A stretch of DNA of 64,000 bases from Eledone cirrhosa (lineage: Eukaryota): the NCBI GenBank assembly GCA_964016885.1, contig OZ024754.1:22382001-22446000 (forward strand). Reading direction: 5' to 3'. Shown here one piece after another: positions 61,501 through 64,000 of this stretch (positions are counted from its first letter, which is position 1; every line of letters begins with the position of its first letter). The translations under genes were made by a program, and so were the position numbers. The notes beneath the pieces were generated by a model, which was given only the letters and a program-made list of their open reading frames with translations, was not told the DNA's origin and made no database searches.

Positions 61501-64000
61501 CAATAGTGGTGGTGACAATAGTGGTGGTGACAATAGTGGTGGTGACAATAGTGATGGTGACAATAGTGGTGGTGACAATAGTGGTGATGACAATAGTGGT
61601 GGTGACAATAGTGGTGTTGACAATAGTGGTGGTGACAATAGTGGTGTTGACGATAGTGGTGATGACAATAGTGATGATGACAATAGTGGTGGTGACAATA
61701 GTGGTGGTGACAATAGTGGTGTTGACAATAGTGGTGGTGACAATAGTGATGTTGACAATAGTGGTGGTGACAATAGTGATGTTGACAATAGTGGTGGTGA
61801 CAATAGTGGTGGTGACAATAGTGGTGGTGACGATAGTGGTGGTGACAATAGTGGTGATGACAATAGTGGTGGTGACAATAGTGGTGTTGACAATGGTGGT
61901 GGTGACAATAGTGGTGGTGACAATAGTGGTGATGACAATAGTGGTGGTGACAATGGTGGTGGTAACAATAGTTATGTTGACAATAGTGGTGGTGACAATA
62001 GTGGTGGTGACAATAGTGATGTTGACAATAGTGATGTTGACAATAGTGGTGATGACAATGGTGGTGTTGACAATAGTGGTGATGACAATAGTGGTGGTGA
62101 CAATAGTGGTGTTGATGATAGTGGTGGTGACAATAGTGGTGGTGACAATAGTGGTGGTGACAATGGTGGTGGTGACAATAGTGGTGATGACAATAGTGGT
62201 GGTGACAATAGTGGTGTTGACAATAGTGGTGGTGACAATAGTGGTGTTGACGATAGTGGTGATGACAATAGTGATGATGACAATAGTGGTGGTGACAATA
62301 GTGGTGGTGACAATAGTGGTGGTGACAATAGTGATGTTGACAATAGTGGTGGTGACAATAGTGATGTTGACAATAGTGGTGGTGACAATAGTGGTGGTGA
62401 CAATAGTGGTGGTGACGATAGTGGTGGTGACAATAGTGGTGATGACAATAGTGGTGGTGACAATAGTGGTGTTGACAATAGTGGTGGTGACAATAGTGGT
62501 GATGACAATAGTGGTGGTGACAATGGTGGTGTTGACAATGGTGGTGGTGACAATAGTGATGTTGACAATAGTGGTGGTGACAATAGTGGTGGTGACAATA
62601 GTGATGTTGACAATAGTGATGTTGACAATAGTGGTGATGACAATGGTGGTGTTGACAATAGTGGTGATGACAATAGTGGTGGTGATGATAGTGGTGGTGA
62701 CAATAGTGGTGGTGACAATGGTGGTGGTGACAATAGTGGTGTTGACAATGGTGGTGTTGACAATGGTGGTGTTGACAATGGTGGTGTTGACAATAGTGAT
62801 GTTGACAATAGTGGTGATGACAATAGTGGTGGTGACAATGGTGGTGTTGACAATAGTGGTGGTGACAATAGTGATGATGACAATAGTGGTGTTGACAATG
62901 GTGGTGTTGACAATAGTGGTGATGACAATAGTGGTGATGACAATAGTGGTGGTGACAATAGTGGTGTTGACAATAGTGGTGGTGACAATAGTGGTGGTGA
63001 CAATAGTGGTGTTGACGATAGTGGTGATGACAATAGTGATGACAATAGTGGTGGTGACAATAGTGGTGGTGACAATAGTGATGTTGACAATAGTGGTGGT
63101 GACAAGAGTGATGTTGACAATAGTGGTGGTGACAATAGTGGTGGTGACGATAGTGGTGGTGACGATAGTGGTGATGACAATAGTGGTGGTGACAATAGTG
63201 GTGTTGACAATGGTGGTGGTGACAATAGTGATGTTGACAATAGTGGTGATGACAATAGTGGTGGTGACAATGGTGGTGTTGACAATAGTGGTGATGACAA
63301 TAGTGGTGGTGACAATAGTGGTGGTGACAATAGTGGTGTTGACAATAGTGATGTTGACAATAGTGGTGATGACAATGGTGGTGTTGACAATAGTGATGAT
63401 GACAATAGTGGTGGTGACAATAGTGGTGGTGACAATAGTGGTGGTGACAATGGTGGTGGTGACAATAGTGGTGGTGACAATAGTGGTGTTGACAATGGTG
63501 GTGGTGACAATAGTGATGTTGACAATAGTGGTGATGACAATAGTGGTGGTGACAATGGTGGTGTTGACAATAGTGGTGATGACAATAGTGGTGGTGACAA
63601 TAGTGATGATGACAATAGTGGTGTTGATGATAGTGGTGGTGACAATAGTGGTGTTGACAATAGTGGTGGTGACAATAGTGGTGGTGACAATAGTGATGTT
63701 GATGATAGTGGTGGTGACAATAGTGATGTTGATGATAGTGGTGATGACAATAGTGGTGTTGACAATAGTGGTGGTGACAATAGTGGTGTTGACAATAGTG
63801 GTTATGACAATAGTGATGGTGACAATAGTGATGTTGATAGTGGTGGTGACAATAGTGGTAGTGACAATGGTGGTGGTGACAATAGTGGTGGTGACAATAG
63901 TGGTGATGACAATAGTGGTGATGACAATAGTGGTGATGACAATAGTGGTGTTGATGATAGTGATGTTGACAATAGTGGTGATGACAATAGTGGTGTTGAT
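55586..64000. repeat. 15-bp minisatellite (GACAATAGTGGTGGT and variants) with higher-order structure
   Basis: Continuous array to the window end; identical translated blocks offset by 2487 and 2472 bp in the ORF track. Confidence 0.97.

Noticed and set aside
55558-63987. Minus-strand SPPLL-repeat ORFs resembling extensin or mucin
   Set aside because: Artefacts of the 15-bp satellite, broken by TAA wherever a GATTAC variant occurs

Overview
AT-rich animal genomic DNA, probably an octopod cephalopod (inferred from the SINE and RTE families and dense (TA)n/(TATG)n microsatellites). Only one host coding exon is recognisable: a 180-nt internal exon of the spliceosomal Sm D2 gene (SNRPD2, + strand, 9088-9267). 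The next exon was not found, so the following ~55 kb is probably one large intron. The rest is nested transposon debris. Retroelements: RTE LINEs with a PHD-like finger, CR1-like, R4/Dong-like and CRE-like LINE fragments, a gypsy LTR element, two Penelope-like elements (Naiad-type and Neptune-type) and two tRNA-derived SINE families. DNA elements: piggyBac and its MITEs, a hAT, a Charlie-like hAT fragment, a mariner (maT-like) element and a non-autonomous Helitron. An 8.4-kb 15-bp minisatellite runs off the right end. The most notable feature is at 30076-31820: a near-identical, non-coding 311-bp tandem array arranged as an inverted pair of arms, in which each complete unit carries a type I hammerhead ribozyme with a minimal palindromic stem III. 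This is a retrozyme-like element, and three of its ribozymes are sense to the putative host pre-mRNA. Further hammerhead motifs and inverted-repeat structures lie beside (TA)n tracts elsewhere in the window. All calls were made by eye; no searches or folding computations were run.
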